Notes under the pieces: model-generated | Told to the model about the DNA's origin: nothing | Databases searched by the model: none | Seen by the model: only the letters and a program-made list of their open reading frames with translations | Part shown: positions 25,721 through 35,691 of the stretch, piece after piece | How positions within the stretch are numbered: the stretch's first letter is position 1 | Layout: each line of letters begins with the position of its first letter | Program-made: the position numbers and the translations under genes | Assembly (NCBI GenBank): GCA_964642165.1 | Contig: CAZXOC010000002.1 | Location: 21,241-78,421, forward strand | Reading direction: 5' to 3' | DNA: 57,181 nt | DNA from: an uncultured Planctomycetaceae bacterium | GTDB lineage: Bacteria; Planctomycetota; Phycisphaerae; SM23-33

Positions 25721-26943
25721 TTGATGAGACGCGCGCCGGCGAGATCGACGTGGTCGGCGACGCCGAGCTGGTCGGTGCCGAAGTCGACGCGGATGAGGAG
25801 CCGCTCGACGCCCTTAACGTCGAGGCGGACGACCCGCGGGGGTGTCTTGCCGGTGAGACGGATCGGCTTGGCGAGCGACCGCCCGTCCCCGAGGAAGGTC
25901 AGCGTGGCATCGCCGTTCGGGCGAACGGCGTCGTCGATGCCGACGGTCGCCACGAACGCCGCGTACTGCCTGGCGAGGGAGTAGACCAGCTCGCAGTGGC
26001 TGTGCAGCCCCAGGCCCGTGCGGTACGTGCGCCCGCCCAGCCGCAGCGGCTTGCCCGAGACGGCGAGATCGACGCGGTGTTGGAACGTCGTCTGGAAGTA
26101 GCCGCGCTCCTTGACGGAAGAGGGCTTCAGCTCGGCGAGCGCCGTGACCTTGTCGGAGGTAATGCGGAGGGCGGCGGCCCGGGCGAGCGGGATCGACTGC
26201 TTCCCGACGGCCGGCGAGTCCAGCGTGAAGACGCCCTTGTCCAGCGCGAGCGACACGAAGTGCACGATCGAGCCGTCGCGTCCGAGGAGCAGGCCCCCCG
26301 TCGCGGGTGTTTTGGCCCGCACGGCCGCCAAGCGGACCATCGGGACGTTCGCCCGCTCGACCTTGCGCGACTGGTCGCGCCACCGGAACGTGACCTGCTT
26401 CGCGTCGATCGCCTCCAGGACGCCGTCGACGGCCAGGACTTCCCGGGCCTGCTTCCGCACGAGGAGCCGGTCCCCGACTGCGGCCGGCAGCTTCATCTCC
26501 CGGTAGCGCTTCTCCAGCTCGTCGGGGCTCTCGGCGAAATCGGGCAGGTAGATCACGCGTGCCAGGTCCATGGGCATTTCGCTCTGCCCGAGCAGGGCGC
26601 ATCGCGCGCGCAGCCGCCTCCCGCTGACCGCCAGCTCGTCCACGATGAGGCGATCGCCGAGGGCGGTCAGGACGGCCTTCTGGGCGAGCTTCGTCATCGG
26701 GTCTTCCTGCTCCTGCTCCTGCTCCGGAGAGAGCAGGAAGACCTCGACGACCCCGTCGAGCGCCAGGGAATGCTTCTGCCTGTCGCCCTGGAGGACGATC
26801 CGCCCGCCCGCGATGGAGAGGAGCTGTCCCGACACGATGCGCGCATCGGCCGTCTCGAGGCGCGCCTCGCCGGAGGCCGCGACCGCGAGCGAGAGCACCA
26901 GGCTGGCCGCTGTGATCGTCCGCACGCGTCGGCATCCTGCCAT
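25717..26943 (-). CDS. Secreted protein with C-terminal NPCBM/NEW2 domain
   Basis: Signal peptide from ATG 26943; GKPLRLGGRTYRTGLGLHS, ATVGIDD, LDVKGVERLLIRVDFG...ADHVDLAGARL. Confidence 0.85.
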   Translation of the reverse strand: MAGCRRVRTITAASLVLSLAVAASGEARLETADARIVSGQLLSIAGGRIVLQGDRQKHSLALDGVVEVFLLSPEQEQEQEDPMTKLAQKAVLTALGDRLIVDELAVSGRRLRARCALLGQSEMPMDLARVIYLPDFAESPDELEKRYREMKLPAAVGDRLLVRKQAREVLAVDGVLEAIDAKQVTFRWRDQSRKVERANVPMVRLAAVRAKTPATGGLLLGRDGSIVHFVSLALDKGVFTLDSPAVGKQSIPLARAAALRITSDKVTALAELKPSSVKERGYFQTTFQHRVDLAVSGKPLRLGGRTYRTGLGLHSHCELVYSLARQYAAFVATVGIDDAVRPNGDATLTFLGDGRSLAKPIRLTGKTPPRVVRLDVKGVERLLIRVDFGTDQLGVADHVDLAGARLIK

Positions 26944-27092
26944 GGATGAGCGCGGTTCCGGAGGCCCGCCCCGCCGCGTCCGGCCGGTCACCAGGGAGGC
27001 CGGCGCGGCTGCCGGTCTCGCGGCCGGCGGCGGGGCTGCACGGTCCGCGCCGTTGCGCGCCCCCCATCCCGGGAAACGGAGGCCGGCTTCGG

Positions 27093-28373
27093 TCACGGGT
27101 TCAGGCCGCCCTCCGAGATCTTGGTGCGGTACTTGCGGATGAGGTCTCGGTAGCGCTCGGACATGACCTTCTTGCGGAGCTGCTCGAGCTTCTGGCGCTC
27201 CCGCGGGGGCAGGTTGGCCCAGTCGCCGACCTCGGCCGTGTCGCGGATCTCGCTGCGCTTGGTCGGTCGCGCGACAGCCCCGGGCACCACGGCGCTGACG
27301 CGGGCGGGGTTGGACGGCTGGCGGGTCCCCTTCGGCGGGCCCTGCTTGCCGCCCTTGCCTTGGGCTTGCCCCTCGCCCGGGCGCTTCTGCTTCTTTCGGC
27401 CCTGGCCTTGGCCCTGGCAGCCGCACTGCTTCTCCTCCGCCGTCTTGATCAGGTCGGTGATGACCGCGACGATTCGATCCTCCTTGGCCTGCGTTACCTT
27501 GCCGCTGTCGACGGCGTCGAGGCGCTTCTTGACGTCGCCCATCATCTGCCCGGCCCAGCCGAGGGGATCCTGCGCGAACTCGGAGTACTCCTTGACGTTC
27601 TTGTCGATCTCCTTGATCGCCTCGGCATCGAGCGTCAGGCCGTAGTTCGTCACCGCGTAGTCGTACATCTCCATGGCGTAGGTGAAGCGGTTCATTTTCT
27701 CGTACGTCCGCGCCGACTCCAGCGCGGCGTCGGCCGCGAAACTGATCCGGTCCGCCATCACCACCAGGATCTTCTGGTAGGCGTCCACGGCGTCGTAGCC
27801 CTTGCCTTGGGCGGCCAGGGCGCGGGCGTACAGCGTGTAGCGCGCGGCGTTCAGGTACGTCGCCTCCTGGACGTTCAGGTCCTTGCTGATGGTCTTGGCG
27901 GCCTCGGCGTGCTTGCCGGCCTTCAGCAGCTCGTGCGCCTTGCGGAAGCGGTCGTTCACGCGTGCGAACGCGCGGATGATCCGGTCGATGTTGTCCCGCT
28001 GCGTGTTCTTCGGACTCGCCTGGAGGATCTTCGCCGCCGCGTCCACGTCCTTGTCATCGTTGAGGAGGTCTTCCCGCATCTCCTCGATGACCTGCTGGCG
28101 CTCCACCTTCAGCCGCGCCTGCACGGCGCCCTGGATGAGCTTCTGGACGTCCTCCGGGCTGAGGTCCTCCAGGAGCTTGTCCAAGTCGTCCTCGGCCGCG
28201 CCGGCGTCCGGAAGGCCGCCTCCCGCGGGCGGCGGCGTCGCGTCCGTCACAGCCGGCCGCTCCGGCTCGATGACGCCCTCGCCGCCCTGGCCCCAGGCGG
28301 GCCCGAGCCCGAAGGAGATCACCGCGATGCCGATGGCCGCCCACACGCCGGATGCCAGTCGTCTCGTTCTCAT
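27093..28373 (-). CDS. Secreted TPR-like / coiled-coil protein of the MoxR-vWA cluster
   Basis: Signal peptide from ATG 28373; helical repeats; Gly/Gln-rich linker; C-terminal WANLPPRERQ...SERYRDLIRKY. Confidence 0.8.
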   Translation of the reverse strand: MRTRRLASGVWAAIGIAVISFGLGPAWGQGGEGVIEPERPAVTDATPPPAGGGLPDAGAAEDDLDKLLEDLSPEDVQKLIQGAVQARLKVERQQVIEEMREDLLNDDKDVDAAAKILQASPKNTQRDNIDRIIRAFARVNDRFRKAHELLKAGKHAEAAKTISKDLNVQEATYLNAARYTLYARALAAQGKGYDAVDAYQKILVVMADRISFAADAALESARTYEKMNRFTYAMEMYDYAVTNYGLTLDAEAIKEIDKNVKEYSEFAQDPLGWAGQMMGDVKKRLDAVDSGKVTQAKEDRIVAVITDLIKTAEEKQCGCQGQGQGRKKQKRPGEGQAQGKGGKQGPPKGTRQPSNPARVSAVVPGAVARPTKRSEIRDTAEVGDWANLPPRERQKLEQLRKKVMSERYRDLIRKYRTKISEGGLNP

Positions 28374-28487
28374 GGTCTCACCACGCTCCTGTCTGCTCCC
28401 GCCCGGCGTCTCCGCCCGCCGTCGAGATGGGCCTGCTTCATCCCAGTGTATCACCATTCCCGGTCCGCGTCTGCTCCGGCGCGGCGG

Positions 28488-30779
28488 CTAGAACCCGTCG
28501 GCGGGCGGGCCGCGACGCGCGGGCGCCATCTTCTTGCTCAGCTTGTCCACCATCTTCTGCACCGCTTCCTGCCGGCGGCCGAGCTTCTTGTGCTCGCGCT
28601 CCGCCTGGTCGGCGGCGGGCTTGGGCTCGCCGACCAACTGCTTGTTGAGCGTTCGGGTCCGCCGGTTGATGGCAAGCTGGAGGGCCCGCACGAGCTTGAA
28701 CTCGGCGATGGGCGGGACGAGGGGCTGCTTGCCGCCGCCACCTCCGCGGCCGCGGCCCCCGCCGCCCTTGCGGCGTCGCTCGGCCAGCTCCTCGCGGATG
28801 GAGCTGATCATCTCGCGGAGGCTCTGCTCGATCTCCTTCTGGACGCCCTGGGTCAGCGCCCCGGCGTCCTCCTCGGCCAGGAGCTTCTGCACGTCCTGGA
28901 GGTCGCCGCGGACCTCCTTGAGCACCTCGGGGAAGACGATGGTGGTGTCCTCCTTGACGAGCATGTCGCGGACCTTCTTGACGTCCTCGGCGAGGCGCCC
29001 CTCACCGCGGGACAGCTCGCCGAGCTGGATCTGCTCGGCCCGCGCGTAGGGCGGATCCTCGTCCTTGCGCTTGCCGTGGGCGTCGCGCGTATCACCGGAG
29101 ATCTTCACCTGCCGGTCGAGGACCTTCTGGAGCATCTGGTCGATCTTGGCAAGCTGCTCGGCCTGGGCGAGGGCCTCCTCCTGCGCGACGGCGTCGGCCA
29201 ACTCGTCACGGGCCTGCTCGAGCTTGTCGATGGCCTTCTTCTGGTCGGCGTTCGCCCCGCCGCACTGCCCGCCGCCGAGCTTCTGCGAGGCGCTGCCCAT
29301 CGACTTCGACGCCGAGGCCACCGACTTCTGCCCCGGCGTCTCGCCTTCCTTCTTCATCTGGTCGCCGAGCTTCTCGCTCCGGTCGGCCAGCTCGCCCTGC
29401 TCGCTGGCCTGCTGCTTGGTCGGCTGGGCGGCCTTCTCCATCATCCGGCGGCGAAGCTTGGCAATCTCATACTTCTTGGCCTCCAGCTCCTTGAGGGCCT
29501 TGTCCTGCTGCTTGATGGCCTCGTCGCGCTCGCGGTCGCCCAGGTCCTGGGCGGCGTTTTTCATATGCTCGGCTGCCTTGTTCAGGTTGCCCGACTTCTG
29601 CCCGCTGGGCGAGCCGCCCTTCGAGGGCGAGCCGCCCTTCGAGCCCGAGCCCATGCCGGCCTCCTGAGCGAGGTCCGCCACGTCCTTCGCGAGCTGGGAG
29701 GTCTTGTCGGACAGGTCGCCCTGCTTGCCGGCAAGCTCCCCGGCCTTCTGGCCGCGGGTCAGCTTGGCCACGGCGTCGTCGATGGCCTTGCGGGCCTTTT
29801 CCAGGTCGGCGAGGGCCTGGTCCTGGGGTGTGGCGGCCTTGGCGGGATTGGACCTGCCGAGGGCCTTGGCGGCTTGTCGCATTTCCCCAGCGGCCGCCCC
29901 GGCGCTCTTCGACGCGCCGGCCAGACCGCGGGCGCCCTTGCTGCCTGCCCCGCCGGGGGAGAGCTTCGCGCCCAGCTTGGGGTCCTTGGCCAGGCCGCTG
30001 AGCCCCTCGGCCAGCCTGTCCGTGGAACCGGCCAGCAGCCGCTGGAGTTGGCCCGAGATCGGCAGCCGGTCGATCGGCGCGGTCTTCGTCACTTCGCGGA
30101 GCTTCGTCTGCTTGTCGATGATCGCGCGGATGTCCTTGCGCAGGCCCAACAGCTTCTGGAGGTGCGGATCGGGCGCAGGCAGCTTGGTGGTCTGGCTGCG
30201 GAGCTTCTTCTGCTCGGCGACGATATCGGCGAGCGTCTTGTCCAGGTTGCCCATCCGCCGCTGGAACTCGCTGGTGTTTGCGGCGAGGTTGCTCTGGCGC
30301 TCCAGGGGCCGCTGCTTGTCGAGCAGCTTGTCGATCTGGCCGAGAAACTCCCGCCACTTGCGGATGCGCTCGCGGCGCTCGTCGAGGTCCAGGATGCCCG
30401 TCCGGAGGGTCTGGAGGACCTTCCGGAGCTCGCCGATGACCTCGCTCTCCGTGCTGGCGGCGGCGGAGGCCAGGCCCTTGGCGAGGTACTCGGCGACCTT
30501 CTCCATGTCCTCGGCGATGAAGGAGCGTTGGGCCTGGCTGACGGCCTCGCGGAGGACCTTGGCCGTCTGGGGCTCGCTCTTCTCCAGCAGCTCGGCGATC
30601 TCGACCATCTTGGCGGTGAGCTGCTCGAACTCCTTCTTGTAGTACCGCTGGAGTCCGACCTCCGCGCGGTGCTTCATGTCGGGCTGGGTAGCGGGATCGT
30701 TGTCGTCGGCCGCCGTCAGCCCGGCGAGGAGCGCCGTCACCAACAGGCATCCCAGGATCGTTCCGCTCGTGCGTCTCAT
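28488..30779 (-). CDS. Secreted long coiled-coil protein (DUF4175-like)
   Basis: Signal peptide; A/Q/K/E-rich heptads; C-terminal PPIAEFKLVRALQLAINRRT. Confidence 0.82.
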   Translation of the reverse strand: MRRTSGTILGCLLVTALLAGLTAADDNDPATQPDMKHRAEVGLQRYYKKEFEQLTAKMVEIAELLEKSEPQTAKVLREAVSQAQRSFIAEDMEKVAEYLAKGLASAAASTESEVIGELRKVLQTLRTGILDLDERRERIRKWREFLGQIDKLLDKQRPLERQSNLAANTSEFQRRMGNLDKTLADIVAEQKKLRSQTTKLPAPDPHLQKLLGLRKDIRAIIDKQTKLREVTKTAPIDRLPISGQLQRLLAGSTDRLAEGLSGLAKDPKLGAKLSPGGAGSKGARGLAGASKSAGAAAGEMRQAAKALGRSNPAKAATPQDQALADLEKARKAIDDAVAKLTRGQKAGELAGKQGDLSDKTSQLAKDVADLAQEAGMGSGSKGGSPSKGGSPSGQKSGNLNKAAEHMKNAAQDLGDRERDEAIKQQDKALKELEAKKYEIAKLRRRMMEKAAQPTKQQASEQGELADRSEKLGDQMKKEGETPGQKSVASASKSMGSASQKLGGGQCGGANADQKKAIDKLEQARDELADAVAQEEALAQAEQLAKIDQMLQKVLDRQVKISGDTRDAHGKRKDEDPPYARAEQIQLGELSRGEGRLAEDVKKVRDMLVKEDTTIVFPEVLKEVRGDLQDVQKLLAEEDAGALTQGVQKEIEQSLREMISSIREELAERRRKGGGGRGRGGGGGKQPLVPPIAEFKLVRALQLAINRRTRTLNKQLVGEPKPAADQAEREHKKLGRRQEAVQKMVDKLSKKMAPARRGPPADGF
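29607..29642. repeat. Perfect in-frame 18-bp tandem duplication (encodes SKGGSP twice)
   Basis: GGGCGAGCCGCCCTTCGA at 29607-29624 and 29625-29642. Confidence 0.9.
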
Positions 30780-30858
30780 GGTGCGCTCCTTGTGCCCTCG
30801 GCGGGCGCCGCCGGCCTGCCGAGCGGGGGCGAAATCTGCTGCGCCGGCCAGGCCGCCG

Positions 30859-33078
30859 TCACTCCGGCTTCGCCGGGCGCGTCGTCGGATCGAGTACGCT
30901 CTTGACCTCGATCGCTTCCTTCTTCTTTATCGCATCGAGAAGCTGCTGCGACCACTTGATGATGATCTGGAGTTTGTTGGCCAGCTCCTGCTTGCTCTCC
31001 AGCTTGACCATTCGCTGGAGAATCTCGTTCATGGCATCGAAGATCCGCTCCTGCCCCTCCTCGATGACGCCGGCTTGGTCTCTCAATTCGCCGGCGTCCG
31101 TGACCTTCGCGGTGGCCTGGAGGGCGGCGGTGGTTCCACGGATCCGCTGCTGGAGCTCTACAAGGGGTTGGACGACGTCGGCGCGGATTTGTTCGCGCCC
31201 CGTGTCGGTTCCGATGCGGTTGTTCTTCATCTCTTCGAGGATGGCGGCGAGCCCGTCGGAGGCCTTGGCGACCTCGGCGCCGACGCTCTGCTGGAGGCCG
31301 CCCGACGACAGCAGCAGGCGCCGGACCTCCGCGCCGATGCCCCCCCCGGTGAGGATCGCCCCCGCCTCCCCGGTCTTGGCCCCGGCGGCTTTCTGAAGCC
31401 CGATCGCCTGGATGAACTCCAGGCGGATCTCCTTCTGGCGGCGCAGGAACTCCGCCATGAGGTCCTCGGTCTTGACGACGCTGAAGGCCAGCGCGCTGCT
31501 CTCGGCGACGTTGGGCCCGCCGTAGAGCTTCGGCAGCGTGTCGGTGGCCGTGGCGGCCACGTAAATCGTCGCCCCCGGCTTGAGCTTCAGCGGCTCGAGG
31601 TCGCAGTCCTGGGCGTGGTCGAACTCCCGCCCGACGTCCGGAGGCAGCGAGACCGCCTGGGCATTGGCGTCGGTCGACGTGCCTCCCTCTCGCACGCCGA
31701 TGGCCACCGCCGCCAGACCGTGGTCGTCCCGAACCCGAAGGTGCAGCGGGATGACCGCTCGCGGCGAGATCCTCACCCCGATGCCGCTCTTCTTGATGTC
31801 CAGCGTGGGACGGTGGTCCGGCTGGACCTGGACCACGTACTTGGCGCCGCGGCGGCTGGTGTGTCCGTCCCGGTCGGTCAGGGCAAACCGCAGCACCTTG
31901 GTCACGGGCTCGTTGCGCCCGGTGATCTCGAACTCGCCGACGTACTGGCGAGGCAGGGGGACCTTCTTCCCGTCGACGACGGCCGTCTGCTGGTGCATCT
32001 GGGCGGCTTTCCGCCCGTCGAGCAGGATCGCGGCGGCGGACAGGTCCTTGTTCGCCTTGGCCTGCACGGTGACCTTGGCGCCGAGGGGCACGCCCAGCGC
32101 CCCGGTGCCGCCGGGCAGGAGGATCGGGGTGAGGCGGCGCATGTAGCTGGGGCAGCGCACCACGAAGCGGATGTTGAGCAGCGCCGGCGGGTCGATGAGG
32201 CGCACCTTGTGCCGGCGGCGCTTGTCGCGATAGTCGTCGCCGCCCACGACGTAGAGCTCGAACTCCTCGGACACGGCCGGGAAGACCTTGACGAACTTGC
32301 GCCGGCTGTCGCGGTCGGGCTCGACGGCCTCCTCGGTCCATCCCAGCGCCGCGTAGCGGGCGTGGAACGTGACGTGGTCGGGGGTCACGCGGCTGCGCGG
32401 CTCGACCTCGGCGATCACCGTCAGGTCGTCGCCGCGAAGCACGGTGAAGTCGGGCGGGTCGCTTCGGACGGTGAGGTAGGTTTCCTGCGGCCAGGGGGTG
32501 TCCGCGAACAGGACGTTGCGCTGGAACCACTTTTCGAGCAGGTCGCTCTGCCAGACGCCGAAGCCGGCCAGCAGGCCCAGTCCGCAGGCGGCGAGCGCCC
32601 AGCTTCGGAAGATTCCGCGGCGCTCGACGACCTCGCGGAACGGCAGGGGCGAGGCCAGGGCGTCGGCCTCTTCGGCCATCCGCCGGATCATGCCCAGCGA
32701 GATGCCGAGGGCCTCGCTGTCGCTTCGCCGGCTGAACTGGATCGCCCCGACGAGCCGGTCGCCCAACTGCTGGAACCGGCGCTCGACCAGCAGCGCCAGG
32801 TCGGTGGCGTCCATCGAGACGCGGAGCGGCGCGAGCAGCTCCCGCCAGACGACCACGCCCACGCCGACCAGCGCCAAGGCCATGATCACGCCTCGCAGGT
32901 CGCGTTCCAGGCGGAAGAGGTAGTCGAACCCCAGCGTCACGAACACCAGCGCCACCAGGGCGAGGCTCAGCCAGGCCAGGCCCTCCACGAGCAGCCGCAC
33001 CGACAGCGCGCGGCGCAGGCCGCCCAGTTTCGCCCGGATCGCCGGCGTGAGAAGGTCGCGTTGCGTTACGTCGTCCAT
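30859..33078 (-). CDS. DUF4175-like membrane protein (two N-terminal TM helices, Ig-like domains, coiled coil)
   Basis: ATG at 33078; LVERRFQQLGDRLVGAIQF; VLRGDDLTV; QPDHRPTLDI. Confidence 0.82.
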   Translation of the reverse strand: MDDVTQRDLLTPAIRAKLGGLRRALSVRLLVEGLAWLSLALVALVFVTLGFDYLFRLERDLRGVIMALALVGVGVVVWRELLAPLRVSMDATDLALLVERRFQQLGDRLVGAIQFSRRSDSEALGISLGMIRRMAEEADALASPLPFREVVERRGIFRSWALAACGLGLLAGFGVWQSDLLEKWFQRNVLFADTPWPQETYLTVRSDPPDFTVLRGDDLTVIAEVEPRSRVTPDHVTFHARYAALGWTEEAVEPDRDSRRKFVKVFPAVSEEFELYVVGGDDYRDKRRRHKVRLIDPPALLNIRFVVRCPSYMRRLTPILLPGGTGALGVPLGAKVTVQAKANKDLSAAAILLDGRKAAQMHQQTAVVDGKKVPLPRQYVGEFEITGRNEPVTKVLRFALTDRDGHTSRRGAKYVVQVQPDHRPTLDIKKSGIGVRISPRAVIPLHLRVRDDHGLAAVAIGVREGGTSTDANAQAVSLPPDVGREFDHAQDCDLEPLKLKPGATIYVAATATDTLPKLYGGPNVAESSALAFSVVKTEDLMAEFLRRQKEIRLEFIQAIGLQKAAGAKTGEAGAILTGGGIGAEVRRLLLSSGGLQQSVGAEVAKASDGLAAILEEMKNNRIGTDTGREQIRADVVQPLVELQQRIRGTTAALQATAKVTDAGELRDQAGVIEEGQERIFDAMNEILQRMVKLESKQELANKLQIIIKWSQQLLDAIKKKEAIEVKSVLDPTTRPAKPE

Positions 33079-33095
33079 GTCTTTCTCACCGTGTC

Positions 33096-35681
33096 TCAGG
33101 CCATGTTGTACTTCTTCCGGAAGATCCACTCGACGGCCAGCAGCACCCCGATCAGCAGGAGCGTGAGGTTGGAGTCCCACAGCTCCCAGGGCTCCTCGCG
33201 CACGGCCGTCTTCCGGTCGGAGGGGATCAGTTCCGTCAGACGGTCGATCTCGTGAATCTCGAGGAAGTGCTCGGGTCGAGAGGCGATATTGCGCATTGTC
33301 TGGCGGTCGGCCTCGGGGCGGAGGGCCTCGGCCTTGGGCAGCTCGATGCGGATGGTCTTGGACTGGACTTTGTCGGCGGCCATCGGGTCGCCCTTCAGGG
33401 CGGTCAGCTCGAAGGTGCCCGTTCGGGTGGCCCGGATGGTGGCCTTGTAGCGGCCGGGCTTGTCGGCCACCGCCTTCAGGACGATGGTCTCGCCGGCGCG
33501 GGTCTCGGTGTCGATCATCTCGACGTCGAAGGTGGCGGCCTTGAGGGGGGCGAAGTTCTCGTCGTAGGCTTCGGCCTCGATGGTGATGCGTTCGCCGGCG
33601 GAGAACCGGTCGCCGCCGGCGGTGATGACCACGTGGCGGGCGTGGAGGGTGGCGAGGTACTGCACCACGTTGGACCAGAACAGGCGGTGGTAGTAGCCGT
33701 GGCGGATGTATCGCCAGCGCCACGTGCCGTCAAAGCCGACGTAGAGCACGCGTCCGGCGCCGAACGGCTGGGCGACGAGCAGCGGCTCGGGCTCGTTCCG
33801 CGCCGTGCGGCGCAGCGGGTTGGAGCTGGCCGCCAGCACGCGGGCCAGGGGCTTGGCCTTCAGGACGGGGTGGGACCAGTAGATGCCCGGCATGACCTCC
33901 CAGACATCTCTGCTCTCGTCGGCGCCGCCGCCGAAGCGCGTGACGGGGTGGTCGGCGCCGTAGGAGGTGATCCGGACGGGCCAGGCCTGCGGGCGCCGGC
34001 CCCCGATCTTGGCGACGATGTCGCTCGTGTTGTCCGCGAGCGTCACGGGAAGCATCCCGACCAGCGGGTCGTAGGGCCCCCCGCCGCGAAGCACCTCCGT
34101 GGAGTACTTGTTGCCGACGATGTAGCACAGCCCGCCGCCGTGGCGGGCGACGAACGTGCGCAGGTGCCGGACGAAGTTCTCGTCGAAGCCGTCGGCGGTC
34201 GGCTGGGGGTCGTATAGGAGGACGACATCGTAGCCGGGATGCGGCTTGCCGCCGGGCGACCCGGCGAGCTCGAGGAGCTCCTTCGGCAGCCGGTCGAGCT
34301 TCATGCCGGTGGAGGCGGTCTGGTTGATCTCCTTGTCGGCGTTCTGCTGCCAGACGCTGAGGCGGTAGAGTTCCGGCTGGCGGTGGAGGAAGTTCCGGAG
34401 GAACTGGAACTCCCACCCGCCGTCGCCGCTGACGAGGAGGATCTTGATCTTCTCGTCGGAGACGCTCACGGGCGCTTCGGCGGCGTTGTCGTTGGGGTTG
34501 CGCTCGTCCTCCTGCGGCTCGACGACGGCGCGGTAGACGAACTTCCCGATGCGGTCGGGCTCGACCTGGAGGGCGACGGTCTGGACGCCCTTGGAGCGCC
34601 CCGCCGCCGCCGCCGGCAAGCCCGAGGGCGACTCGCCGTTCAGCACGACCTTCTCCGAGATGCCCGTGTCGCCCCACGTCTCCTTGTCTCGCGGGCGGCG
34701 CAGCAGGCGGACGGTGACGGCCCGACCGGCGAGGTTGCGGTGGGCCAGCACGACGGTGAACTCGGTTCGCGCTCCGCGGCGGATCTCTCGCGGGGCCTGA
34801 AGTCCGGTCACCGCGAGGTTCTTCGGCGGGGTCGGGTCGCCGACGAGGACCGGGTAGAGCCGCATGCCCCGCTGGTTGGCGTAGGCCAGCGCATCGACCA
34901 GCCGCGCGCCGGCGCCCTGCGTGGTCATCTGCCCGTCGCTGACGAACACGATGCCCGCCACGCGCCGCCCGAGCGCGCTCTCGATGGCGTCGCGCAGCGC
35001 CGCGGGGATGTTGGTCTCGTACCCGGACGCCGTCAGCCCGCCCAGGATCTCGCGGACGCCGATCGGCGCCGTGGCCGGAACGTCGTTGGGCTCGCCGTCG
35101 CCGTCGTCTTCCGCCGCCAGGGCCACATGCCCCAGGGCTCTGGTGTAGGCCTCGCTGCCGGGCCGGTCCGTGGAGAACCGCATGAGGGCCAGCGGATGCT
35201 CCCTGGCCAGGCGCGCCAGGACGCCGCTGCGCCCGCCCAGCGATCGCCGGACGACGTCCGTCCGCGGGAGATCCTCCAGCTCCGCGGTCGTCACGCCCAG
35301 GTGATCGGCGACCTCCTGTCGCGCGTTCGCGTCGGTGTAGTGGTCCGGGAAGGACATGGACCGGCTGTCGTCGATCAGGACCAGGACCGTGGAGTACAGC
35401 GTGCGCGTGAACCGCAGCACGACGGCCGGCCGGAACAGCACCGCCAGGATCAGCAGGCACACCAGGATCCGGACGGCGGACAGGAACGCCTTCGCGCCCG
35501 TCGGGTTGCTGCCCTCGCGCCGATAGCTTCGGACGATCAGATACACCATCGCCAGGAAGACGGCGATCAGCGCGAGGTTCACGTAGTTCCCGTACTCGGC
35601 GACGAAGCCGAATCGCCAGTTGCCCTTGCCGACCAGCTCGGTCGGGTCGGAGCCCAGCAGCCAGATCAGGACCTTGTTCAT
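33096..35681 (-). CDS. Membrane-anchored vWA domain plus glutamine-amidotransferase-like protein
   Basis: MIDAS LIDDSRSM, FVSDG; KILLVSGDGGWEFQFLRN; GRVLYVGFDGTWRWR; C-terminal TM ending EWIFRKK. Confidence 0.88.
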   Translation of the reverse strand: MNKVLIWLLGSDPTELVGKGNWRFGFVAEYGNYVNLALIAVFLAMVYLIVRSYRREGSNPTGAKAFLSAVRILVCLLILAVLFRPAVVLRFTRTLYSTVLVLIDDSRSMSFPDHYTDANARQEVADHLGVTTAELEDLPRTDVVRRSLGGRSGVLARLAREHPLALMRFSTDRPGSEAYTRALGHVALAAEDDGDGEPNDVPATAPIGVREILGGLTASGYETNIPAALRDAIESALGRRVAGIVFVSDGQMTTQGAGARLVDALAYANQRGMRLYPVLVGDPTPPKNLAVTGLQAPREIRRGARTEFTVVLAHRNLAGRAVTVRLLRRPRDKETWGDTGISEKVVLNGESPSGLPAAAAGRSKGVQTVALQVEPDRIGKFVYRAVVEPQEDERNPNDNAAEAPVSVSDEKIKILLVSGDGGWEFQFLRNFLHRQPELYRLSVWQQNADKEINQTASTGMKLDRLPKELLELAGSPGGKPHPGYDVVLLYDPQPTADGFDENFVRHLRTFVARHGGGLCYIVGNKYSTEVLRGGGPYDPLVGMLPVTLADNTSDIVAKIGGRRPQAWPVRITSYGADHPVTRFGGGADESRDVWEVMPGIYWSHPVLKAKPLARVLAASSNPLRRTARNEPEPLLVAQPFGAGRVLYVGFDGTWRWRYIRHGYYHRLFWSNVVQYLATLHARHVVITAGGDRFSAGERITIEAEAYDENFAPLKAATFDVEMIDTETRAGETIVLKAVADKPGRYKATIRATRTGTFELTALKGDPMAADKVQSKTIRIELPKAEALRPEADRQTMRNIASRPEHFLEIHEIDRLTELIPSDRKTAVREEPWELWDSNLTLLLIGVLLAVEWIFRKKYNMA

Positions 35682-35691
35682 GCCACGCTGT